A DNA stretch of 64,000 nt from an uncultured Gammaproteobacteria bacterium (GTDB lineage Bacteria > Patescibacteriota > Patescibacteriia > CAZSQN01): NCBI GenBank assembly GCA_964609095.1, contig CAZSQN010000002.1, forward strand, positions 12,633 through 76,632, written 5' to 3'. A program made the translations under genes and the position numbers. The notes beneath the pieces are model-generated. The model made no database searches. It was not told where the DNA came from and was given only the letters and a program-made list of their open reading frames with translations. Shown in pieces: positions 41,131-50,603 of this stretch (its first letter is position 1; each line of letters opens with the position of its first letter).

Positions 41131-42114
41131 ATGGTGCGAATTAATGAAGAACAAGTCAAACGAGTTGCCGAATTTTTGAAAGCAAATCCGCCCAAAACCA
41201 CGCCGCTCAATTTCTACAGCGTCGTTGGCAAATCTGGCGAGGTGATCGTCCTGGACAAGATGTATCCGCCGCTTGGCCACCCGAACGCGGTTGATTACTT
41301 TTTCTTCGCCTGCCTGCACCAGTACGGATTCTGGTACGACGACAGCCACGGCTACAACCGGCCGATGGTCGGCGTGCTTGGAGGGAAAGAGCTTAAGGGT
41401 TCTGACCTTTTGTGGACGCTTTTCCGCAGGGCTTTTGAGAGTAATCCCGAATTCTTCACTCCGCAATTCCTTTCCCGCATCTCTCCGCGCGAACTTACAG
41501 AAATATTCTTCAAGGATGATGTCGGCACACAGTGGCCGGATTTTGACCAGCGCTTCGCTTTGACCAGAGGATATGGCCAAGGGCTACATATGGGAACCAG
41601 TCCGGTTGAATATGTTGATTGGGCAAATAATAATCAGCAGCCTATCAAGCAGTTCATTAATGTGGTAAGCGGGCTCACCGGATACAACGGCGATCGTTTT
41701 AACAAAAAAGCTACGCTGCTCGCTATGGCGCTTGCCAATAGGCCGGAGCAATTCCTCAAGGTAAAAGACTCGGGGGAATGGAACCCGATCGTGGACTACC
41801 ACTTGATGCGAGTGGCTCTGCGCCTGGGACTGGTTGATCTTGAAGCTGTCGCTGGAACAGTAAAGAAAATTTCTGGAAGAAGATGGGTAGCATCTATTGA
41901 AGAGGAAGCTATCCGCGAAGAGGTGTTTCGAGCCATGCAAAAAGTGATCGCGCAATCCGGACTTTCCATGTCCGCAATTGATGTGACCTTCTGGCTGGCC
42001 AGAAAGTACTGTCCGGAGATGAGCGAGCCCGATTGCGAGAAGTGCATGTTCAACTCCGTCTGCGAACATCGCGTAGGGCTCTTTCAGCCGGTGTTCCGAA
42101 CCACATCTTACTAA
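41131..42114 (+). CDS. glycosylase-like protein (queuosine-salvage/HhH-GPD related) with C-terminal 4-Cys motif
   Basis: DYHLMRVALRLG, D.F.KKA.L, Cx7Cx2Cx5C; family assignment inferred. Confidence 0.6.
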   Translation: MVRINEEQVKRVAEFLKANPPKTTPLNFYSVVGKSGEVIVLDKMYPPLGHPNAVDYFFFACLHQYGFWYDDSHGYNRPMVGVLGGKELKGSDLLWTLFRRAFESNPEFFTPQFLSRISPRELTEIFFKDDVGTQWPDFDQRFALTRGYGQGLHMGTSPVEYVDWANNNQQPIKQFINVVSGLTGYNGDRFNKKATLLAMALANRPEQFLKVKDSGEWNPIVDYHLMRVALRLGLVDLEAVAGTVKKISGRRWVASIEEEAIREEVFRAMQKVIAQSGLSMSAIDVTFWLARKYCPEMSEPDCEKCMFNSVCEHRVGLFQPVFRTTSY

Positions 42115-42218
42115 ATCCAAAAACGCTCCGAATACAATCGGAGCATTTTTATTTGCCCGCTCGATGCGGGCATCCCGCTAACTTTGCGTCATATAAGTGA
42201 ATAGCGGGATTTACATTT

Positions 42219-43442
42219 TTATACGAAAGTCAGGGCAATGCCTCTGGCATCGCCGCGGCCGGTGCGACCGATGCGGTGGATGTAGTCCTCGTAGGTCTCC
42301 GGCAAGTCATAGTTAATCACGTGGCTAACGGCCGGAATATCCAGTCCGCGCGCGGCCACGTCTGTTGCCACCAGCGCCTGAATACGCCCTTCCTTAAAAA
42401 GTCCCAAGGCCTTTTGGCGCTGTCCAAGGGTCTTGTTTCCGTGAATCGCCTCGGCCTTAAACCCGCGCTTATCCAAAACAATGGCGAGCTTTTGAACTCC
42501 ATGCTTGGTTCTGCCGAAAATAAGAACTTTCTTAAACTCCGGCTTTATCAAAAGATTATGCAATGCTCCGAGCTTGTCGCCGCCACCCACGCGGATAACG
42601 TCCTGGTCAATGTTGTCGGCTGTCTCGCGCGTTTTAACGGAGATAGTAACCGGTTCGCGCAAAAACTCTCCGATAAGCTTCTCCACTTCCTTGGTAATGG
42701 TGGCGGAAAAGAAAAGCGTGTGGCGCGAGCCCGGAAGGCGGGACATAAGCAAGCGCATATCTCCAATAAATCCCATATCCAGCATCCTGTCAGCTTCGTC
42801 CAAAACAACGGTGTTTATGCCCATCAAATTAATGGCGCGCCTGTTTATCAAATCCTTGATTCTGCCCGGAGTGCCGATAAAAAAATGATTGTTGTACCTT
42901 AATTCGCGGAGCTGGTTGCCGATGTTCACGCCTCCGACCAAACAGACGGAAGAAATTCCCATACGGGGAGTAAATCCTCTAAGCTCCTGGTTTATCTGAA
43001 TGGCAAGTTCGCGGGTCGGTACGACAATAATCACCTTTTCGCTCGGCTTTGCCAAGACCTTGTTTATAAGCGGAATAAGGAAGGCGGCTGTTTTGCCGGT
43101 TCCGGTATTCGCGATTCCCACCACATCCTCGCCGAGCAGTATGTGCGGTATAATGCGGTCCTGAATCGGAGTCGGGACGCTGTAACCCTTGGCCGCGATG
43201 TTTTCCTTAAGGCGCGGATGAATGGCAAATTCGCCGAAGGTGTGTTCGGGTATATAATGCCTTTCCGTTTCTTCTACCACCACGGCTTTATTGATGAAAG
43301 AATTTATGTCCAGGTGTCCTCCGCGGCTGCCGCGGTTGGCCGGCCTGTTATGGCTCACGCCTCCCCGAGAATGGCCTCCAAATCTTCCTTTGGAACCCCC
43401 TCCGCCATGGCGGCTGCGTCCGAAATTTTGTTTATGATACAT
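42219..43442 (-). CDS. DEAD-box RNA helicase
   Basis: TGTGKT, PTRELA, DEAD, SAT, HRIGRTGR. Confidence 0.96.
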   Translation of the reverse strand: MYHKQNFGRSRHGGGGSKGRFGGHSRGGVSHNRPANRGSRGGHLDINSFINKAVVVEETERHYIPEHTFGEFAIHPRLKENIAAKGYSVPTPIQDRIIPHILLGEDVVGIANTGTGKTAAFLIPLINKVLAKPSEKVIIVVPTRELAIQINQELRGFTPRMGISSVCLVGGVNIGNQLRELRYNNHFFIGTPGRIKDLINRRAINLMGINTVVLDEADRMLDMGFIGDMRLLMSRLPGSRHTLFFSATITKEVEKLIGEFLREPVTISVKTRETADNIDQDVIRVGGGDKLGALHNLLIKPEFKKVLIFGRTKHGVQKLAIVLDKRGFKAEAIHGNKTLGQRQKALGLFKEGRIQALVATDVAARGLDIPAVSHVINYDLPETYEDYIHRIGRTGRGDARGIALTFV

Positions 43443-43610
43443 ATACGGTTAAGATTAGTCTCGCGCGTCTTAATCTGGAGATTAATCCTCCGTATAGTCA
43501 AAACGAATGAGATATCTATTAAGAAAGTAGAATACCATAAAAATGGCTGTTTGTCAAACGCCGCCACCCAAAACGAACAAATAAAAACAGCCCCATAAGG
43601 GCTATTTCAG

Positions 43611-43684
43611 TGGCTGCCGGGGTAGGGATCGAACCTACATACTGGGATTCAAAGTCCCATGTCCTACCATTAGACGACCCGGCA
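43611..43684 (-). tRNA. tRNA-Gln(TTG)
   Basis: Cloverleaf, loop CTTTGAA, GTTCGATCC, encoded CCA. Confidence 0.93.
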
Positions 43685-43907
43685 ACATTTACATATTCCT
43701 TTTACCCACCCATTTATTTTTCTATTTAAAACGGAACTTTTTTTAATATTTATCCTGACAAGACCATAATAATTATCTCCTATACTCTTTCGCATTGTTT
43801 TTTATTTTACTCTTCTTAAAATACACGATAAACACATTTGAATCAAGATTGTGAATCTTACATATAAAAACTCTCCCCAAAGGGAGTTTTCGGTTTTCAA
43901 GTTATTT

Positions 43908-44813
43908 TTACACCTTCAAATACCGCCCGACGGCCATGCCGGCAATGCCCATCGGCAGGAGTATGGCGCCGGATAGCTGCGCGCCAAAGATAACCAAACC
44001 GTTTTGGCGGAAATAAAACGCCAAATCAATGGCGCCGCTGCCGAAAAATTTAGCTAAAAACGGCTGAAGCGCGCCAACCGCCGGCAAAACAATCGCCACG
44101 GCGGCGAACATTGCCAAAACTCCGGCAAATGCCGCCTCTATTAAAAACGGCGCTCGCACAAACCAGTCGGAAGCGCCGACCAGCTTCATAATCCCTATTT
44201 CTTCGCGCCGCGTATAAATAGCCACCCGGACGCTATTGACCACGATAAGCATGACGATCAAAGCAAAAATCAGGGAAAGCGCGAGCGCGCTTCTTTTGAG
44301 CTTGGCAGTAACCGAGGTCAGCTTTTCTATAAGCGTCCGATGGTCCTCAAAACTCTTTTCCAAAATCGCGTCTTTATAAGCCGGATTATCCAGAGAACTT
44401 AAAATCGCCTCGTATTCTTTGGGGTCGCTCGCCTTGACAATCAAGGACGCGCCCAAAGGATTGGCGCCGACCTCATCAAGCGAAGCAAGTATGGCCGGAT
44501 CGTCTTTGTGCCGCTCGCGGAATTTTTGCAAAGCCAGATCGCGGCCGACAAACTGCACATCCTTGACGGCTTTTCTGTCCATTAAGAAGGTTCTGGCGGA
44601 GAGCACGATGTCGTCGGAGATATCCGTTTTAAAATAAACAATGACATCAACGCGGTCTTCAACCATTTTAATCGCCTTCGCGCCGATGACATTAAGCGCG
44701 AAAAGCAGGTTCACCGAAATCAAAGTAAGCGTCATGATTGAGGTGGTGGCGAGCGAAAGCCAGATGTTGCGGCGGAAATTTTGCCCGGCGAATTTAAATA
44801 CGCGGAAAAACAT
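43908..44813 (-). CDS. ftsX: cell division permease FtsX
   Basis: RREEIGIMKLVGAS..FVRAPF; follows ftsE. Confidence 0.93.
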   Translation of the reverse strand: MFFRVFKFAGQNFRRNIWLSLATTSIMTLTLISVNLLFALNVIGAKAIKMVEDRVDVIVYFKTDISDDIVLSARTFLMDRKAVKDVQFVGRDLALQKFRERHKDDPAILASLDEVGANPLGASLIVKASDPKEYEAILSSLDNPAYKDAILEKSFEDHRTLIEKLTSVTAKLKRSALALSLIFALIVMLIVVNSVRVAIYTRREEIGIMKLVGASDWFVRAPFLIEAAFAGVLAMFAAVAIVLPAVGALQPFLAKFFGSGAIDLAFYFRQNGLVIFGAQLSGAILLPMGIAGMAVGRYLKV

Positions 44814-44818
44814 AAAAA

Positions 44819-45511
44819 TCAAATAACGTATTTTCCCTCTTCGTGATCGGCGACAATTTGGCCTCCGTCTAAAGTAAGCACCCGCTTTTTAAGCGCGTTG
44901 ACCACTTCGCGGTTGTGAGTGACAAGCAGGACGGTTGTGCCAAATTCATTAATTTTGGTTAAAAGGGAAATAATATCTTTGGTGTTCAACGTGTCTAAAT
45001 TGCCGGTTGGCTCATCCGCCACCAAAATTTTTGGGCGATGGACCAAAGAGCGCGCCACCACCACTCTTTGCGCCTCGCCGCCGGAGAGCTGTCTGGGGTA
45101 TCTGTCCGCTTTGCCGTCCACGCCCACAATGCGCAAAACCTGCGGAACTATCTGCTTGATCGCGCTTCCGGAGACGCCGCACACCTCCAGCGCGAAAGCC
45201 ACATTTTCAAAAACGGTTTTTTGCGGCAAGAGCTTAAAGTCCTGAAAAACAACGCCGATTTGCCGCCGCAAAATCGGAATTTCGCGCGGCCTGATGCGGG
45301 TGATGTCCCATCCGCCCACGACAATAGAGCCGTGCGTCGGCCGCTCTTCCGCGATCAGAAGTTTGACCAAGGTTGTTTTGCCGGTGCCGCTTGCGCCGAC
45401 AATGGATATAAATTCGCCCGGCCTGACGCGCAAAGTAATATTTTGCACGCCGACCGTATGCGGATGATAAACCTTGGAAACGCTTTTAAAATTAATTATT
45501 GCGTCGTTCAT
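44819..45511 (-). CDS. ftsE: cell division ATP-binding protein FtsE
   Basis: GASGTGKT, RRQIGVVFQDFKLL, LSGGE, ADEPTGNLD. Confidence 0.95.
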   Translation of the reverse strand: MNDAIINFKSVSKVYHPHTVGVQNITLRVRPGEFISIVGASGTGKTTLVKLLIAEERPTHGSIVVGGWDITRIRPREIPILRRQIGVVFQDFKLLPQKTVFENVAFALEVCGVSGSAIKQIVPQVLRIVGVDGKADRYPRQLSGGEAQRVVVARSLVHRPKILVADEPTGNLDTLNTKDIISLLTKINEFGTTVLLVTHNREVVNALKKRVLTLDGGQIVADHEEGKYVI

Positions 45512-45544
45512 CTTTTTCTGGTATTATCTCAATTTGAATAATAC

Positions 45545-45615
45545 GCGGGTGTAGTATAGTGGTAGTACGCGACCTTCCCAAGGTTGTGGTGTGGGTTCGA
45601 TTCCCATCACCCGCT
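45545..45615 (+). tRNA. tRNA-Gly(CCC)
   Basis: GCGGGTG/CACCCGC acceptor, loop TTCCCAA, GTTCGATTC. Confidence 0.92.
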
Positions 45616-45625
45616 TAGATCTTAC

Positions 45626-45737
45626 GGGAATCGAAGGACGCGAGATAAACCGAGCTGGCGCAGGTTTTGGCGCGCAGCGTCCAGGCTCGAGTCGGAGCGA
45701 GAGGATTCCCATCACCCGCTTAGATTTTACGGGAATC
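45626..45737 (+). repeat. tRNA-associated element plus duplicated tRNA-Gly 3' end
   Basis: 45704-45737 repeats 45599-45632 (1 mismatch); insert homologous to 54864-54940. Confidence 0.85.
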
Positions 45738-45755
45738 CGCTCCAAAACTTTGTAA

Positions 45756-45831
45756 GCCGATGTAGCTCAGCTGGTAGAGCAGCGCTTTCGTAAAGCGAAG
45801 GTCGCCGGTTCGATCCCGGCCATCGGCTCCA
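45756..45831 (+). tRNA. tRNA-Thr(CGT)
   Basis: GCCGATG/CATCGGC acceptor, loop TTCGTAA, CCA. Confidence 0.92.
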
Positions 45832-45863
45832 GAAAAACGCTTTATTTATTACATGGCGTTTTT

Positions 45864-46538
45864 TTATTTTCCAAAAAACCTTATAACGTTCAGCTTTGAA
45901 ATCTTGCCGTTTAAGGCAACCTCCAATTCGGCTGAACTGCCGTAAGCCGCCAACAGTTTTTCTTCAAGCAAAAGATACAAAAGCGCCCGTTCGCTAAATG
46001 TGCCGGCATCCCAGCCGTAAAGATCCTTCAAAAGCGCTTCCGCCTCTTCTTTGGTGCCGACTTGAGAAATTACTTTTTGCAATTCTCCGCCAAGCTCGTC
46101 GCGCGCCACCCGCAAATTTTTTTCTTTAGCCGCGGCCCGCAGGGCAAGATTGCGGACCATGCGGTCCATTACGGCTTTTTCCAAAATCCCTTCCTCCGGC
46201 TTGGGCAAGCCGGTCGCCTCTTCCTGCCGCAAATAATATCGTTCCAGCGCCGAAAGATCCTTTAAATAATCCGAATATAAAATGACCTGCCACTTGGCCA
46301 GACCGGCCGGATACGGGATTCCGTTAGACCAAAATTGGATAAATCTTCCCCGGGCGCCTTTGGCATAAATGCCAACGCCGACGCCGGCGGTTAAAAGAAA
46401 AAAAACTCCCAAGAGAGCAAGCAGCAGCCGGGTTAAAAAATTTTTCCCCGGCATTTTTAAAAACGGCCGGCAGCGCTGAAGTCCCGACTTAAGTCCCGAA
46501 TCGCAAATGGCTAAAATCTGTCTAAGTTGTGTTTTCAT
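45864..46538 (-). CDS. SurA N-terminal-domain-like membrane protein
   Basis: TM, PYPA, ..AAKEKNLRV..EL, LKDLYGW; start uncertain. Confidence 0.65.
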   Translation of the reverse strand: MKTQLRQILAICDSGLKSGLQRCRPFLKMPGKNFLTRLLLALLGVFFLLTAGVGVGIYAKGARGRFIQFWSNGIPYPAGLAKWQVILYSDYLKDLSALERYYLRQEEATGLPKPEEGILEKAVMDRMVRNLALRAAAKEKNLRVARDELGGELQKVISQVGTKEEAEALLKDLYGWDAGTFSERALLYLLLEEKLLAAYGSSAELEVALNGKISKLNVIRFFGK

Positions 46539-46567
46539 ACCCCGTAAAAAATAAAATTTTATAAAGA

Positions 46568-47026
46568 TTATATCGCAGATTTAACAGGACGGCGCGAGTC
46601 GCGCTCATCTTTAAGCGCCCCAAACCGCTCATGGTCAAAAAAATAATACCACCATCTTTTGGCGTTCCGGCCGCGCGATGCCTGCTTTTCGCCAAGTTCG
46701 CTTTTAGAAACGTTTGCCGCGCCCGCCGGAAAGCCCAAAACCGTGACCGTCTCGCCCGGTTTCTGCAATCCGAGCTTTAGCCGCGCCTCTCTTTCCACAA
46801 ATTCTTCATTTGACAGTTCGCGCGACAATTCCAAAATCTCCAAATTCCTCCGTTCCAGCCGCCGCGTTTCCTCTTCCAGCCGCGCGATTTCGTTCTTAAT
46901 CTCATTGCGCTTGCGCCATTCGCCCATTATCCGTACGCCGAGAAAAATCGCCAAACCGATAAAAACAACTAAAATAATCCCCGGTCGCAATTTTGATTTT
47001 TTGCTATTTTTTATTTCATTCCCCAT
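46568..47026 (-). CDS. septum formation initiator (FtsB/DivIC-like)
   Basis: TM + coiled coil + EREARLKLGLQKPGE. Confidence 0.85.
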   Translation of the reverse strand: MGNEIKNSKKSKLRPGIILVVFIGLAIFLGVRIMGEWRKRNEIKNEIARLEEETRRLERRNLEILELSRELSNEEFVEREARLKLGLQKPGETVTVLGFPAGAANVSKSELGEKQASRGRNAKRWWYYFFDHERFGALKDERDSRRPVKSAI

Positions 47027-47066
47027 ACTTAACAGTACCAAGAGAGCTTATTTCAGGCAACCGGAC

Positions 47067-47714
47067 TTATTCCCTTTTTTCGCCCTCTATCAGCTCTTCA
47101 GCGCGGCGGCGCAGCTCTCCGAGAGAAGCCGCGGATAATTTATCCAAATACGCCCTAAGCAAAATTTTTGTCTGGTCTTCCGTCAGGGCGCCGTCAGAGG
47201 GCGGCGCGTCTTCGCGAAAACCGCGCTGGATTTCCAAAAGCAGTTCCCTTACCCGATCCGGATTCCTGACCCATTTCCATTGAAAATTGGTGGCTCCTCC
47301 GATGGTGCGCACCGTTATAGTGCCGATAGAAAGCAGCATCCCCAGGGGGCCTTTCAGGCGAAAAGAAACATCGTGGATATTGCCAAGCGGCAGTTCTGAA
47401 ACAATCCTGTCAAAGATGCCGCGCCGCTCAACATCAATCAGCCGTTCGTTAGTGACCACATACATATTTCCATAACGGCCGATGCCGACGCGGATTAAAA
47501 AATATTTCGCGCCCATAAGCAGCAAGATAAAAACAATCACGCCGGGCAGGCGCAATCTGAACAAAGGATAAAGGAAAAAAAAGGCCGCGAACAGGAAAAA
47601 GAGGGCGCCTAAAATACTGCCGGTAAAAGCAAAAAATGTCGGGTGCACCAGCGCGACCAAATCTTCATCCTCTTTAAGATTAAGATATTTTGGAATCTTG
47701 TTTCCGCCGAACAT
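47067..47714 (-). CDS. bacterial PH-domain membrane protein
   Basis: 2 TM then VVTNERLIDVE..GIF...ELPL.NI.DV. Confidence 0.75.
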   Translation of the reverse strand: MFGGNKIPKYLNLKEDEDLVALVHPTFFAFTGSILGALFFLFAAFFFLYPLFRLRLPGVIVFILLLMGAKYFLIRVGIGRYGNMYVVTNERLIDVERRGIFDRIVSELPLGNIHDVSFRLKGPLGMLLSIGTITVRTIGGATNFQWKWVRNPDRVRELLLEIQRGFREDAPPSDGALTEDQTKILLRAYLDKLSAASLGELRRRAEELIEGEKRE

Positions 47715-47791
47715 TAGTTTAGGGTTTAGGGTTTAGGGTTTAGGGTTTAGTTTTCTAAATCACTATACCCTCTACCCTGTCCCCTATACCC
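47715..47791. repeat. (TTTAGGG)4 heptamer inverted repeat
   Basis: Four exact TTTAGGG units then degenerate TATACCC arm overlapping the murE stop. Confidence 0.8.
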
Positions 47792-49106
47792 TCAATAAAT
47801 TGCTTATTTCCTCGCGGGCGATTGTACGGTCATCCCAGGGAATCTTTCTTCCTTCAGCCAAAACCATTACCTGCTCGCTGCCCTTGCCCGTGATTAGGAC
47901 AATATCGCCTTCGGCCGCCGTTTGAATCGCTTTGCCAATTGCCGCCCGCCTGTCTAAAATCACAAAAAGGTTTTCGCCGGTTTTTTTGCCGGCCTCCTCC
48001 GCTCCGGCCGCGACTTCTTTGGCAATTAAAAGCGGGTCATCGTCATAAGGATCGTCGGTGGTCACAATCACAATATCAACATTTTCTCCGGCCAGAAGCC
48101 CGAGAATGCGCCGCCTGCTCACATCCCTACCTCCGCCGGTAGAGCCAAAAACCTGAATCAATCTTTTGCGCGGCAATAACTTAATTGTTTCATAGAGCTG
48201 GCGGGTTGATTCCGGTTCATGCGCGTAATCAACAATAACGGTAAAATTTTGTCCCGCTCTCACAAATTCCATCCGTCCGGCAATCGTATTTATCTCGGCT
48301 AGAACATCCGCCGCCACAGATATCCGAATGCCTTGCGAAGCTGCCGCCGTTATAGCCGCCAGCGCGTTATAAACATTGCCCCTGCCTATCAATTTCAAAT
48401 TTATATCCATACCATCAATTTTGAATCTTGAGCCATCCGGACTCAACTCCACATCTTCCGCCAAAAAAGCTTTTAGCTTATAGCTTATAGCTTTTAGCTT
48501 CATGCCATATCCGTATTGCTCATCCGCCCAAAAATTAAGAAAATATTCCGCGTTTTCATCGTCCAAATTGGCAACAATAATCTTTTTGCCGTTCCCGACT
48601 TTTTTCTTCGCGCTCTCTTTAAGAGAAGCAAATAATTTTCCTTTTGCTTTCTTATAATTCTCAAACCCTCCGTGCGATTCTATATGTTCCGGCGTCAGAT
48701 TGGTAAAAACGGCGACATCATAATCAATGCCTGCGTGCCGCGATTGCGCCAAGCCCTCGGAAGATGACTCCACGATGGCGTAAGAGCAACCGGCGACAAC
48801 CATCTCGCGGAGCATTTTTTGCAAAGCAAACCGGCCGAGCATGGTCATTTTGGTGGCGTTCAGCCATTCGCGTCCGGCGATTTTGAAAATGGCGGTTGAA
48901 GAAAGCCCAACTTTATATCCGGCATCCTCCAGAATTTTGGCGAGCATATAAGCGGTCGTGGACTTTCCCTTGGTGCCGGTAATCCCGATGACAATCATCT
49001 TACGCGAGGGATGGCCGTACCAAAGGGACGCACTCAGAGCCAAAAACAAATGATAAACGGTCAAAAAACCGCGAGGAAGAATCTTTTTCACCAGTTTCTT
49101 TAGCAT
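47784..49106 (-). CDS. murE: UDP-MurNAc-tripeptide synthetase
   Basis: GITGTKGKST, FTNLTPEH, GRME, DYAH, GKGSE. Confidence 0.93.
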   Translation of the reverse strand: MLKKLVKKILPRGFLTVYHLFLALSASLWYGHPSRKMIVIGITGTKGKSTTAYMLAKILEDAGYKVGLSSTAIFKIAGREWLNATKMTMLGRFALQKMLREMVVAGCSYAIVESSSEGLAQSRHAGIDYDVAVFTNLTPEHIESHGGFENYKKAKGKLFASLKESAKKKVGNGKKIIVANLDDENAEYFLNFWADEQYGYGMKLKAISYKLKAFLAEDVELSPDGSRFKIDGMDINLKLIGRGNVYNALAAITAAASQGIRISVAADVLAEINTIAGRMEFVRAGQNFTVIVDYAHEPESTRQLYETIKLLPRKRLIQVFGSTGGGRDVSRRRILGLLAGENVDIVIVTTDDPYDDDPLLIAKEVAAGAEEAGKKTGENLFVILDRRAAIGKAIQTAAEGDIVLITGKGSEQVMVLAEGRKIPWDDRTIAREEISNLLRV

Positions 49107-49182
49107 AACTCAATCATATCTTTTCCGGCCGCAAAATTCAACCTCGTACAATATAAAAAATCCACGTTAAGAAACGCGGATG

Positions 49183-50601
49183 TTACTTCAGCTTCTTTAC
49201 CTCTTTTACAAACTGCTCTCCCCTATCAAACTCGTTTTGAAAAAGTCCAAAACTGGCAGCCGCCGGGGAGAGAAGAACAACATCCCCTTTTTTGGCGAAT
49301 TTTATTGCGCAACGCACCGCGCGAGCCATATCAGCCGCTTCTTCATAAGGCATTTTTAAGAATTTTTTGATTTTATCGGTCGCGCCTCCGGGCAAAAATA
49401 CAACCGATTTTGCGTATTTTTTAATTGCTAATGCAAGCTCGCTAAACTCCAACTTTTTATCCGACCCCCCGCAAATGAGAACAATCCGTCTTTTGGCTTT
49501 TAGCTTATAGCTTTTAGCTTTTAGCGTTTTAAGGGCGGCGATGGTCGCATCTGGCGTTGTCGCGGTTGTGTCATTTATAAATCTAATCCCCTTGATATTT
49601 CTAATCACTTCCATTCTATTCGGCAATCCTTTGAAATTTTTTAAAACTTTTTTAATGGCGGCATTTGATATTCCCATAATTTTTGCCGCGCAAACCGCGG
49701 AGAGCGCATTACCCAAATTGTGTTCTCCGGCAATAGCAGTATCTGAAACTGAAGCAACCGCCTCTTCTTCTCCGCCAAACCTAAAAATTATTTTTTTGTT
49801 CTTTGGAAAACATCCGTTCTCTTCTGAAAAAGGTTTTAACGAAAACCAAAATCTGCGGCTCGGCGCTCGCTTTCCCATCTCTCGTGTCCATTTATTATCA
49901 TAATTTAAAATCACCGCGTCTTCCGGCGATTGATATTTGTAAATCAGGGCTTTGGCCGCGGCATATTGCGCCATTCCTTTATAAGTATTCAGGTGGTCCC
50001 GCATTATATTGGTGATGACGGCTATATGCGGGCTTTTTTTAATTTCTTCCAAACCTTCGCATTGCCAGGAAGAAAGCTCCAAAACGGCTATTGAACCTTC
50101 GTGCATCTTGTCCAAAAAATTAAGGGGCGAACGGAGAATGTTCCCGCCGAGCTCTGCGTGCCTTTCTTTTGATTTCAGCATTTCATAAGCAAGCGCGCTG
50201 GTCGTGCTTTTGCCGCGCGTGCCCGTAACGCCAATAACAGCCCCCGGCATAAGAGCCAAAAAAATGCCGGTGTCGGATAAAATCTTCGCTCCGGCAGATC
50301 TCGCCGCCGCAAGATATGGAGAATTGGCCCGCGCGCCGGGATTTCGGATAACAATATCGGCGGATTTGAAATCGCTGGTTCGGTGACGACCCAAAATGAG
50401 CTTATAGCTTATAGCTTTTAACTTTTTAGCAAATCTTTTTAACTCGCTGATTTGTTTTTTTAATTCCTCTTCATTTTTAAGGTCAGTAATAGCCACTTCC
50501 GCTCCTTTGGAGCTAAAAAACTTAGCGGCGGAAATGCCGCTGCCTTCTTTATACAAACCCAATCCCATTATCACCACCTTTTTGCCTTTAAAATCGTCCA
50601 T
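49183..50601 (-). CDS. murD: UDP-MurNAc-L-Ala:D-Glu ligase
   Basis: GVTGTRGKST, LELSSWQ, NDTTAT, LLSPAAASF..F..RG. Confidence 0.95.
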   Translation of the reverse strand: MDDFKGKKVVIMGLGLYKEGSGISAAKFFSSKGAEVAITDLKNEEELKKQISELKRFAKKLKAISYKLILGRHRTSDFKSADIVIRNPGARANSPYLAAARSAGAKILSDTGIFLALMPGAVIGVTGTRGKSTTSALAYEMLKSKERHAELGGNILRSPLNFLDKMHEGSIAVLELSSWQCEGLEEIKKSPHIAVITNIMRDHLNTYKGMAQYAAAKALIYKYQSPEDAVILNYDNKWTREMGKRAPSRRFWFSLKPFSEENGCFPKNKKIIFRFGGEEEAVASVSDTAIAGEHNLGNALSAVCAAKIMGISNAAIKKVLKNFKGLPNRMEVIRNIKGIRFINDTTATTPDATIAALKTLKAKSYKLKAKRRIVLICGGSDKKLEFSELALAIKKYAKSVVFLPGGATDKIKKFLKMPYEEAADMARAVRCAIKFAKKGDVVLLSPAAASFGLFQNEFDRGEQFVKEVKKLK

Positions 50602-50603
50602 GG

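Noticed and set aside
47715-47750. Plant telomere repeat / eukaryotic contamination
   Set aside because: Only four units, embedded between bacterial genes, with degenerate relatives at three other junctions
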